A program made the position numbers and the translations under genes. Shown here one piece after another: positions 38,997-47,883 of a stretch of 64,000 bases of DNA (the first letter of the stretch is position 1; the number at the start of each line of letters is the position of its first letter). A model generated the notes under the pieces. The model saw only the letters and a list, made by a program, of their open reading frames with translations. It had not been told where the DNA came from and did no database searches. The stretch lies in assembly GCA_019058275.1 (NCBI GenBank), contig JAHLVW010000066.1, forward strand, positions 32,001-96,000. Reading direction: 5' to 3'. Source of the DNA: Candidatus Heimdallarchaeota archaeon (GTDB lineage Archaea > Asgardarchaeota > Heimdallarchaeia > JABLTI01).

Positions 38997-40292
38997 TTAA
39001 AATGAAATTTGTTTTTCAATTGCCTGCTGACCGAATATTTTCTTTGCTGCTTTGTTTACTTTTTCTCTATCCTCTTTATACGAGTAGACTCTAAAAATAT
39101 ACATCATGCCCATTAAAGATTCAAAAATCCTTGATACTTTTCTTATTTTAACTTCTTTTTTAGTTCTATCTGTTCCTTCTCTTACAAACATTGGTATTTC
39201 ATATGCAGGTAAATCTATAGAATGAGAATAGGGAACACTCGGGAGTGTTGGTATATCAATGAATACGCTATCAATACTAACTTTTGCTTCATTAGCTATT
39301 TCTTCAATAAGCTTCTCTCGATACTCCTTTTTACCTAAAGTTGATTGTATGAAATCATCTCGAGTCATAAATTCTCTTTCAAAAGCAACCTTCAGCAATT
39401 TTCTATCAGCTAATTCAGTCATAATTTTTCTAGCTGCTTTACTTTCCATGAGTTGACTCCAAACAGAAAAGTCATCTAGTTTTAGATAATCTTCTGGTTT
39501 TTTGAAGCTTAGTAAACCAATTTCCTTTTCTGCTAGCTCCATTGCTCTAACAATCATCAATTGTGATGCTCTAGATACTTTATGAAAGTAGATTGTTCTA
39601 AAAGATTCAACTCTGGCAATAAGAAATGCTTCTAATGCTGGTAAGGCTGAGTAATTTACTGCTAAATTGTCATTAATTACACCCATTGTATAGAGGATTC
39701 TCATAACATCTACTTGACCATATTCTGCCCCTGTATGATATGAATCTCTAACAATGAAATCCATTTTATCTACATCACACGAACTTGAGATTATCTGATT
39801 AAGAAATCCTTTATTTTTGATGGTCTTATTTCCATGAATAAGATCACATACCTGATCAACCTTTAATCCATTCTCATTTAAAATATCAGCAATTTCTGAT
39901 TCCTTAATTATCCATCTCGAGAGATCTTCATGATTTTTCCTTACTTTTTGAAGTAATGCTTCAAACGTATGAGAAAAGGGTCCATGACCAACATCATGTA
40001 GTAAAGCAGCAATTTTGACCAATGATTTCTCATGATCTGTAATATCAACGTCTTCATCATTACAAAGAGAAGCAGCCATTTTTTCAGCTAAGTAACTCAC
40101 ACCTAAAGAATGTTCAAACCTCGTATGATTTGCTCCAGGATAGACAAATTCAGATCCAGAAAGTTGTTTTATTCTTCTTAAACGTTGAAAAAATCTGGTA
40201 TCGATAAGCTCCCTTTCGAAATCATTTATGAAAATATATCCATGTATTGGGTCTTTAATGAATTGCATTTTATTTGTAGTTGATTTTGTCAT
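38997..40292 (-). CDS. HD-domain phosphohydrolase (SAMHD1/dGTPase-like)
   Basis: DPIHG, FQRLRRIKQL, HTRFEHSLG, LLHDVGHGPFSH, DVDKMD. Confidence 0.9.
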   Translation of the reverse strand: MTKSTTNKMQFIKDPIHGYIFINDFERELIDTRFFQRLRRIKQLSGSEFVYPGANHTRFEHSLGVSYLAEKMAASLCNDEDVDITDHEKSLVKIAALLHDVGHGPFSHTFEALLQKVRKNHEDLSRWIIKESEIADILNENGLKVDQVCDLIHGNKTIKNKGFLNQIISSSCDVDKMDFIVRDSYHTGAEYGQVDVMRILYTMGVINDNLAVNYSALPALEAFLIARVESFRTIYFHKVSRASQLMIVRAMELAEKEIGLLSFKKPEDYLKLDDFSVWSQLMESKAARKIMTELADRKLLKVAFEREFMTRDDFIQSTLGKKEYREKLIEEIANEAKVSIDSVFIDIPTLPSVPYSHSIDLPAYEIPMFVREGTDRTKKEVKIRKVSRIFESLMGMMYIFRVYSYKEDREKVNKAAKKIFGQQAIEKQISF

Positions 40293-40474
40293 ATAAAAAG
40301 CCCCAGAGTTTCTTAACTACTCTCTACTGCTTCTAATATCGCACAATTGATTTTCAGCTTAAAAAATAATTTGCATATGATTTTTTATTACAAAAAAGTG
40401 ATTTACAGGGATTCTATAATAACTAAAACGATGCATAGATTCTAATTTTTTACCCCTATTGCAACTCTAAATCA

Positions 40475-40873
40475 TTAATGAGTTTGTATTGAAGACATAA
40501 TTTCAGCTAATTTTGGTGCATGTTGAGATAAACTTCTAACAGTTATTGGCATTGATTGCTGGTCTGTAGATCCTCCGATGAGATAGAATCTTCCCAAATC
40601 TTTCAAAACCAAAAAACCATTAGAACCTCTCAAAATTATGTCTTGCAAAGGATTGAAGGACAATCTATCTATAGTCAACTTGCTTGTAGAGACTAAAGCA
40701 GCTGCTACAGCAGAAAGTTCTACAGGATCAATTGATTTATCCTGAGAAAAGAATGCTACTCTCTCGCCTGCATCAGAGACTACTGCTAAAGCTCCTAATT
40801 GTGTTTCAGAGGTAATCTGTTGGAGCACAGTAACTAGCTCTTTCGCTTTGTCTGGTGGTACCTTTATAGACAT
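40475..40873 (-). CDS. Roadblock/LC7 domain protein
   Basis: LAVVSDAG, LSAVAAAL, IILRGSNGFLVL. Confidence 0.75.
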   Translation of the reverse strand: MSIKVPPDKAKELVTVLQQITSETQLGALAVVSDAGERVAFFSQDKSIDPVELSAVAAALVSTSKLTIDRLSFNPLQDIILRGSNGFLVLKDLGRFYLIGGSTDQQSMPITVRSLSQHAPKLAEIMSSIQTH

Positions 40874-40913
40874 TTTTCTTCAACATGTTATCTATTTTAC
40901 TAATATATAATAT

Positions 40914-41942
40914 TTATTCAATTTCTATTTGAAAAGTACTCATTAGATCTTCAATTCCTTGATCTAATTTTACTTCATCTTTTTCTTTGACTTTCTTTTC
41001 AAGTTTTCTTAATACTTCTACTACTTTTACAACACCTTTTTCAATAATAATTCTTGGAACTCTATCTGGTGCAAGGAAAACTCCTTCTGGAGGGTCTGGT
41101 GGAACTAAAAATTCATTTCCTTGTTGTTTATATACTCCGGTTCCTACAATTATTAATTCTCGTTCATAACCAGCTGGTACTCCTAGTTCTTTCAATAGAC
41201 TGAATGCATGTCTTGGATCAACTTCTTCAATCATTTTTTGATGTGATGGTGTTGGTGCTGCAGCTTGTGCTCTTGGTTGTGCTTGTGGTGGTGGTGCGGG
41301 TGTGCCACTTGACTTTGTGTCAAATTTTTTAGCAGTAGTAGTTCCTGGTGCTGGACGAATGATTTTGGTTTCTTTACCATCACCCATCATTGCACTGAGA
41401 ATAGTTCTTTGTGGTTGTCTTGTTTGTTGTTTTGGTTGAGATTCTGGTCTCTTTGGTCTTGGACCACCAACTTTTGGTTTAACGCCTTCTTTTTTTGATC
41501 CAGCAAATTGACTCATAGAAGCTTTATCCTTATCCGTATAGATAATCTTCTTAGTTGGCTCACTACCTGATAGTTTAAAATCAACACCTGATTCTAATCC
41601 CATCTCTGAAGGATTAGTTGGGATTCCTCTTGTAGTTGAATCAATAACACCAACTGAAGCTTCTCCACGGGAACGTTTTATAGTAAATTCAAACTCTTGG
41701 GTTTCATCACCTTCTTCAACTACAGATAAACGATAAGCAAACCCATAATAGGTTTTTCTAAGTTCAGCAGCAGCTCTGCTGCCAATAAATTTCTTTTTTA
41801 TGCCTGAATTAGCTCCCTTCCAAAGGAATATTCGCTTAAATTGATCATCAACAACAATTATTACTTTTGTACTTTCTGAAATAAACTCATTCTCTTCATC
41901 TAAAGTGCCATCTTCGAGTACTTCATAAAACTTCATTGTCAT
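40914..41942 (-). CDS. Gelsolin-domain protein (1DGelX-like) with long Pro-rich linker
   Basis: VIIVVDD...IFLWKGANS..KKFIGSRAA...VVEEGDE gelsolin repeat; C-terminal PAGYERELIIVG...PEGVF...PRIIIEKG domain. Confidence 0.75.
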   Translation of the reverse strand: MTMKFYEVLEDGTLDEENEFISESTKVIIVVDDQFKRIFLWKGANSGIKKKFIGSRAAAELRKTYYGFAYRLSVVEEGDETQEFEFTIKRSRGEASVGVIDSTTRGIPTNPSEMGLESGVDFKLSGSEPTKKIIYTDKDKASMSQFAGSKKEGVKPKVGGPRPKRPESQPKQQTRQPQRTILSAMMGDGKETKIIRPAPGTTTAKKFDTKSSGTPAPPPQAQPRAQAAAPTPSHQKMIEEVDPRHAFSLLKELGVPAGYERELIIVGTGVYKQQGNEFLVPPDPPEGVFLAPDRVPRIIIEKGVVKVVEVLRKLEKKVKEKDEVKLDQGIEDLMSTFQIEIE

Positions 41943-42095
41943 TTTATTGCATTCTCCATTAAACGCGTACGAATTCGTATCTTTTGTTTTAACAACAACT
42001 CATTGTTTTCTGAATACACGCATAAATTATCCTAAATAACCTTTACTCTATGTATATAAAATCCCTTTTGGTATTGACAAAAAATAACAAATTAT

Positions 42096-42509
42096 CTATG
42101 TGCTGATTTTTGAGAGTAATTGTTCTATTAATTTTATTGATTCCAAGAATAAATCTTCGTTATTTTCTTGAAAATATACTGAAAGATAAACCATTTTCCC
42201 TTGTCCAACTACGATTTTCTCTGCTAAAGCTTTGGCATATAATTCATTTCTAGATCCAATTACTGTTGCAGACATTAGTTCTCTTCTATCGATACGTGGT
42301 TGAGTAATTTTATCAAAACCTGTTCCTGACCCTTGTTGAACAGAAGCTGTGGGTAATGATATAGCTGTAGTTCCTAAATTAAGTGAATCCTTTTCTGAAA
42401 TGGACACAAAAAAACCATTAGTAAAATGTATTGCTATTAGCTGAAGATTTTCACTTTCTATTTTTGTAATAGGTAGATTTTGATCATGAACAGTATCTTT
42501 CTCTGTCAT
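42096..42509 (-). CDS. Proteasome assembly chaperone 4 (PAC4/PSMG4)-like protein
   Basis: F.NGFFVSISE...LGTTAISLP...SATVIG...AKALAEKI....KMVYLSV follows the PAC4 pattern. Confidence 0.6.
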   Translation of the reverse strand: MTEKDTVHDQNLPITKIESENLQLIAIHFTNGFFVSISEKDSLNLGTTAISLPTASVQQGSGTGFDKITQPRIDRRELMSATVIGSRNELYAKALAEKIVVGQGKMVYLSVYFQENNEDLFLESIKLIEQLLSKIST

Positions 42510-42527
42510 TATAATCCAACCTACTAT

Positions 42528-42998
42528 TTACTTAAGATAATCAAGGTAGAGAATATAATCAGCAATTGATTCCATTGCTTGTGTAACATTTTCTTTCCAT
42601 GAAATTAGCAACAATTTTTTCTCTTTTTTTATTCGAGCATAAACCGGATATAGATTTGGATCAGTGGTTCCAATTCCAATTATATCTATCGATTGAGAGT
42701 TCATATATTCTAATATACTGATTGTCAAGTGAATGTCTAAATCACTACCTACAATCTCTTCCTGAAAGCCTTGGTCACTTAATAGGTTGGATTCTTTCTG
42801 AGTAATTTGCATATCAAAGATTACTTTCCCAGTTCTAATTGTACCTATTTCGGATAAAGCATCCTTCAAAATACCCAGCTTATATATCTCGAAATCTGGT
42901 AAAATTGTTGGTCCATCTAGAATAATCGCTATATTTTTTTTATCCTCATCGGATATAATTCTTAACGCTTTTCCCATTTTGCTTAACATTCTATCCAC
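42528..42998 (-). CDS. NYN-domain protein (TIGR00288-like)
   Basis: IAIILDGP, SDLDIHL, IGIGTTDPNLYP, ESIADY. Confidence 0.7.
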   Translation of the reverse strand: MDRMLSKMGKALRIISDEDKKNIAIILDGPTILPDFEIYKLGILKDALSEIGTIRTGKVIFDMQITQKESNLLSDQGFQEEIVGSDLDIHLTISILEYMNSQSIDIIGIGTTDPNLYPVYARIKKEKKLLLISWKENVTQAMESIADYILYLDYLK

Positions 42999-43013
42999 CT
43001 TGCAAATTAACTA

Positions 43014-43778
43014 CTATTTTCCATATCGTCTTTCTCTTTGTTGGAATGTTCGCACAGCTCTCCACAAATCAATTTTTCTAAATGCAGGCCAATAGATATC
43101 TGTGAAATAGAGCTCTGAATATGCACTTTGCCAGAGCAGAAATCCACTTAGTCTTTCTTCCCCCGAAGTTCTGATTATTAAATCTGGATCTGGAATTCCT
43201 TCTGTATATAAATGATCATTAATGGTCTTCTCATCAATATCTGCAATTGTTAATTCATTATCTTTAACCTTGTTAGCAATCTTCTTTACTGCATCTACTA
43301 TTTCTGCTCTTCCACCATAACTTAGAGCCACATTTAGTAAATGCTTATCATAATCTTTAGTTTTTTCCTCAATATCATCAATTAATTTCAATATATTCTT
43401 TGAAAGATTCTCTCTTCTACCAATGATTTTTACTTTAACTTGATTATCGACAATCAATGGATCTGTATTTATTTTATTTAGTTTCTTTACAAGTAATTCC
43501 ATGATTTTCTTAACTTCTTCTGGAGATCTATTAAAATTTTCAGTTGAAAAGACATATAAAGTTATGACTTTAATTCCAATACCTAAACACCAAATGAGCA
43601 ACTCCTCAACTTTTTCTGCTCCAAAGAAATGTCCTTCTTTAGCATCTAATCCCTTCTTGCGTGCATATCTTCTATTACCATCTAGGATTACTCCAATATG
43701 ATGTGGTTTGGGACCCTTCTTTACTTCATTCCATAACCTCTTTTCATAGAATTTATAAATGGATGAGGGGAGCTTCAT
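43014..43778 (-). CDS. uppS: cis-prenyltransferase (polyprenyl diphosphate synthase)
   Basis: HIGVILDGNRRYA, FSTENFNRS, YGGRAEI, IRTSGEERLSGFL. Confidence 0.95.
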   Translation of the reverse strand: MKLPSSIYKFYEKRLWNEVKKGPKPHHIGVILDGNRRYARKKGLDAKEGHFFGAEKVEELLIWCLGIGIKVITLYVFSTENFNRSPEEVKKIMELLVKKLNKINTDPLIVDNQVKVKIIGRRENLSKNILKLIDDIEEKTKDYDKHLLNVALSYGGRAEIVDAVKKIANKVKDNELTIADIDEKTINDHLYTEGIPDPDLIIRTSGEERLSGFLLWQSAYSELYFTDIYWPAFRKIDLWRAVRTFQQRERRYGK

Positions 43779-43881
43779 TTTCTATCAACAACGTAGCAAA
43801 TGATTAATCTATATTAAGATTTCAAAGGTCATTATTTAACTATTGCCTTTTAAATGAGAATCTAAACTATTTCAAATTACT

Positions 43882-44469
43882 TCAAGATTGGAGAATATCT
43901 TTAACGATTTTACCATTCTTAATAATTCCATAATAGGAAAAGCTTTCTTTATTATTGAACGAATTAGCTAACCATCTATCAAAAGTCTTACTAGTTTGAG
44001 TTAATACTTTAGCAAAAAAGAGGTTTAACACTATTCCATGTGAAACTATCAATATTTTCTTGTTTGTGAATTTGGAATCAATTTCTCGTACTTTCTTATC
44101 AAATCTCGTTAAAGCATCACCTGCTTTTTCCCAATTGTTAAAAGATTGATTAAAATTCCCGATACTTTTCTTGACAAATTCCTTGTAACCTTCATTTGTT
44201 GTGAATTTTCCTTTATCCCTATCCAATTCATTGAATTCTTTACATTGTAGAATTTTTATGTTATCCCTTTTGGCAAAATAAGACGCAGTTAGAATTGCTT
44301 TTCTCTCTTTTGAAGAATAAATAATATCAAGATTTATCAAATTCTCGTCATTCATTAGTGATTGAATCTGATTTATACCATCTTCAGCTAAATCCCATTG
44401 TGAAACAGGTATTTCTTGATCTACTTTCGTTTTAGTATGTCGTAGGAATATAATTCTATTATTTGACAT
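43882..44469 (-). CDS. Histidine phosphatase family protein
   Basis: FLRH, YSS..RKAILTA, IVSHG. Confidence 0.8.
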   Translation of the reverse strand: MSNNRIIFLRHTKTKVDQEIPVSQWDLAEDGINQIQSLMNDENLINLDIIYSSKERKAILTASYFAKRDNIKILQCKEFNELDRDKGKFTTNEGYKEFVKKSIGNFNQSFNNWEKAGDALTRFDKKVREIDSKFTNKKILIVSHGIVLNLFFAKVLTQTSKTFDRWLANSFNNKESFSYYGIIKNGKIVKDILQS

Positions 44470-44552
44470 GATATATTCATATATGAATAAAATCTCAAAG
44501 ACATATAATAATTATCCAAAATCCACTTGTGTAATTAAAAGAATATAGAAAA

Positions 44553-44568
44553 GAGTTGCATAAGCAAC
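44553..44568 (-). terminator. Short hairpin just downstream of the roadblock gene
   Basis: agttgc-ataa-gcaact followed by T-rich tract on the minus strand. Confidence 0.35.
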
Positions 44569-44578
44569 TTCTATAAAT

Positions 44579-45010
44579 TTAGAGAATATCAGCAATTTTC
44601 CTAGCTGCTCTGCCCATCTCTAAAAAGATTAATCCTAATTTAGCATCTTTTCGAGAGCTAACAGTAAGCACTGCATTAGGACCTGCATTCATAGAAATGA
44701 TGGTTCCTTCTGATCCTTCTACAAAAACCCTTTCGATTCGTCCTTTTCGCATTTCCTCGATTACTCTTTCACCTAAGGAAAGCATTGCTGCTGTCATCGC
44801 TGCCAATCTTGTTTCCTCGATATCTCTTGGTAAGGCAGATGCTATAGGTAATCCTTCAACACTAACTACTGCTGCGGCTTCTATCTCTGGTACGGATGAC
44901 TCTAATTCTTTTAACATATTATTAAGCTCAGTATTCCTTCCGCCAGCTTGACCAAAACCAATAACTGAGAGTAAATCTTCTCTTGAAACTTGTTCATCTT
45001 TTCGCTGCAA
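44579..45010 (-). CDS. Roadblock/LC7 (MglB-like) protein
   Basis: AAAVVSVEGLPIASALP, LAAMTAAMLSLGER, AKLGLIFLEM. Confidence 0.92.
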   Translation of the reverse strand: MQRKDEQVSREDLLSVIGFGQAGGRNTELNNMLKELESSVPEIEAAAVVSVEGLPIASALPRDIEETRLAAMTAAMLSLGERVIEEMRKGRIERVFVEGSEGTIISMNAGPNAVLTVSSRKDAKLGLIFLEMGRAARKIADIL

Positions 45011-45326
45011 TTTGACACCTTCAGTGTAATGAGTGTAGGTGAATATTTTATATTCTGTCTTTGTTCTTTACCTATTATAAGTTTATTTAAATGTGATATT
45101 TAACGGTACAAATATCCCTACATAATAATATAATACAAAAACTAATAACCAGCACTATAAAAAAACTTCAAAAGAGGATTTTTTTTCATCAAGAATTTAC
45201 TTTTACATTTCATTAAGTATAACAATTAATGCAATCATCAATAGAAATAGTACTTTTAACAAAACATTGAATATTATTAAAAGAACAATATCATGAATTT
45301 TCTATATCTACGAATCATTTATTAAT

Positions 45327-46037
45327 ATGCATTTATCAACTGAACCGACCAACAATTGGTGTGACAAAACATTGAGAAGAAGGAAATTATTACCAATTAG
45401 CCTTGCTCTAACATTAACATGCTTTGCATTATTTAGTGGTTTAGGTTACATTAATTCTGAACCAACATTAAATACGATTATTTTGTATGTGGCTGCAGAT
45501 AACACTCAACCAATTATTGGAGATCAAATTAATTTTACAGTGGTCTTTAAAAATTTCTTAAATGAAACCGAGAGCCTCTCAGAGGTTGTTGTAGAAACTT
45601 CAACATCTACAGAGATAAATATTACAAATGTGTTTGATGCTTCATTTAATGAAACCACATATAACACAACACAATATTATGTAGACAATGAAAATTCAAC
45701 CGATCCAATATTCTGGATTGAAGAAAATTATTTCAATATCACATGGGCAAAATTCCATCAAAACATGACATATAACTTCTGGTTTACAGTAAATTGTACA
45801 GATACAGGTTTATTCTTTGTTGATAATCCATATATTCATTATAAATTGAATAATGAAACAAATACAGTTCGTGGCTCAGGTTATAACTTTGAGGTCAGAG
45901 ACATTCCCGTAACAACTTCAATTCCGTCACCTGCCAGAGGAGATTGGACTTGGCAATGGTGGTTTATTGGAAGCATTCTTGTTGTAGTACCCATAATTGT
46001 GATTGTAATCACAAGACTAACCTTATGGAAAAGATAA
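45327..46037 (+). CDS. Type I membrane glycoprotein, TRAP-beta/DUF11-like Ig domain
   Basis: Signal peptide, GDQINFTVVFKN, NITWAKF, TGLFFVDNPYIHY, Trp-rich C-terminal TM; many N-x-S/T sequons. Confidence 0.5.
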   Translation: MHLSTEPTNNWCDKTLRRRKLLPISLALTLTCFALFSGLGYINSEPTLNTIILYVAADNTQPIIGDQINFTVVFKNFLNETESLSEVVVETSTSTEINITNVFDASFNETTYNTTQYYVDNENSTDPIFWIEENYFNITWAKFHQNMTYNFWFTVNCTDTGLFFVDNPYIHYKLNNETNTVRGSGYNFEVRDIPVTTSIPSPARGDWTWQWWFIGSILVVVPIIVIVITRLTLWKR

Positions 46038-46077
46038 AGCATGAATTGATTAGCTAAAAAGCATAACTAATCATTCA

Positions 46078-47175
46078 TTATTTTTCATTTATTGTTCTTT
46101 TATACAAATTCTCATAGAGAGGTATTATTTTATCTGGGTGGAATTTCTCCCTCGCAACCTTAGCTGCATTCTCTCCATAAGTTTTCAATAGTTTCTCATC
46201 TTCGATTAAGATACTCATGTAATTTGCAAGAGCATCAACATCTCCAACATCAGCTAAGAAACCAGTCTGTTCATGAGCAACTACCTCAGGTAATCCACCT
46301 GCTTTTGAAGCTATAACTGGTATTTTGCAGGACATTGCTTCAAGTGCTGCTAAACCAAAGCTCTCAATTTCAGAGGGTATTAAAAAGACGTCTGTATAAC
46401 ATAAAATTCTAGGAACATTAAGTAAGCTGCCACGGAAAGTTATTGAGTCCTTCAATCCCATTGATATCGCTAAATCTCTACAATATTCTAATTCTGGTCC
46501 TTGTCCAATCATTTCCAATCGAATGTTTTTGTGTTGTTTGTGTATTTTTGAAAAAGCTTGAATTATATCAGGTGATCTTTTTACTTGTCTGAAATTAGAT
46601 ACATGAGAGAAAACAAATTCATCTTTTTCTGGTTTCTTAATATGGGCGAATTTATTTGGATCTACAAAATTATAAATAACCTCAATTTCTTTTTCAATAT
46701 TATATCTTTCATAAATAAAATCCAACATGAAATTTGAAACTGTTGTAAGAGCATCATGATTGTTTAAGCTTAACTCAAGAATTGGCTTATAAGCATCATC
46801 AAGCCCAAGCAAATGCATGTCTGAACCATGTAGTGTTGAAATTATATTCATTTTATTATCTGTTAATTTTGCTAAATATAAAGAAATAGAGTGAGGAATT
46901 GCATAATGTGCATGAAAAATATCAATCTTTTGTTCTTTATAAAGTTTAGATAATAGTGAAGCAAGTATTACCGTATAAGGTTTGTACTTAAATAGTGGGT
47001 ACGAAAGTATGTTCACTTCATGAAAGATAAAATTCTCTTCAAGCTTTAATCGTTCAGGTAGCTGGTATGATATAAAATGAACTTCATGCCCATTTTCCAT
47101 TAATTTTAATCCCAACTCAGTACCAACAATACCGCTACCACCAAATGTAGGATAGTTTATGATTCCAATCTTCAT
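46078..47175 (-). CDS. bshA: N-acetyl-alpha-D-glucosaminyl L-malate synthase
   Basis: YPTFGGSGIVGTELG, HAHYAIPH, TLHGSD, HVSNFRQVKR, ESFGLAALEAM. Confidence 0.9.
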   Translation of the reverse strand: MKIGIINYPTFGGSGIVGTELGLKLMENGHEVHFISYQLPERLKLEENFIFHEVNILSYPLFKYKPYTVILASLLSKLYKEQKIDIFHAHYAIPHSISLYLAKLTDNKMNIISTLHGSDMHLLGLDDAYKPILELSLNNHDALTTVSNFMLDFIYERYNIEKEIEVIYNFVDPNKFAHIKKPEKDEFVFSHVSNFRQVKRSPDIIQAFSKIHKQHKNIRLEMIGQGPELEYCRDLAISMGLKDSITFRGSLLNVPRILCYTDVFLIPSEIESFGLAALEAMSCKIPVIASKAGGLPEVVAHEQTGFLADVGDVDALANYMSILIEDEKLLKTYGENAAKVAREKFHPDKIIPLYENLYKRTINEK

Positions 47176-47205
47176 TTTTTCACACCTTATTTTTATTCTG
47201 CGATT

Positions 47206-47883
47206 TTAAAAGAATATCTTCCAATCCTTTAATGCTATTGGATTCTTCAAGAAGAATGCTTCACCAAAATCAGCCAAGATTAATGAACCATAAAAACGAC
47301 ATCTCTCATAAACTGGAAAAGGCAGATATTCCTTAGAAAATTCTTTGAATTGAGACTTATATGTCATGATTGCTTCTTTCTTTCTTTCAAATTCTTGACT
47401 TATATCCAAAATATAAGAGGGAGAAAATTGTCCATTTAATTCGTAATAGATCATATGGTTTACTTTATACCTTGGATGATCCAGTTCTACTTTCTTCAGT
47501 TTGGCATAATGACAAGCTTTTGTAACAATATCAGATGTTGTTGAGTGATCCGGATGGCGGTCTTCCCAGTAAGGAATTAAAACAACTTTAGGTTGATACT
47601 CTCGTATCTTACTAGCAACAAAAAGGATAGTCTTCTTTTTATCCTCAAATGGTAGGTTCGCATCTGGAAAACCTAGATTCTCTCTAATTTTTACTCCCAA
47701 ATTTTTTTTAGCTTTATCTGCTTCATTTATGCGAGTTTCTTTATTACCTAGTGACCCCATTTCTCCTGTAGTTAAATCTATAATGCCTACAGCTAATCCC
47801 TCATCAACAGCTTTAACAATTGCTCCACCTGCACCCAATTCTGCATCATCAGGATGTGGAGCAAACACTAAAACATCCAACAT
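47206..47883 (-). CDS. bshB1: Bacillithiol biosynthesis deacetylase
   Basis: FAPHPDDAELGAGG, DLTTGEMGS, DRHPDH, YKSQF, FGEAF. Confidence 0.88.
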   Translation of the reverse strand: MLDVLVFAPHPDDAELGAGGAIVKAVDEGLAVGIIDLTTGEMGSLGNKETRINEADKAKKNLGVKIRENLGFPDANLPFEDKKKTILFVASKIREYQPKVVLIPYWEDRHPDHSTTSDIVTKACHYAKLKKVELDHPRYKVNHMIYYELNGQFSPSYILDISQEFERKKEAIMTYKSQFKEFSKEYLPFPVYERCRFYGSLILADFGEAFFLKNPIALKDWKIFF

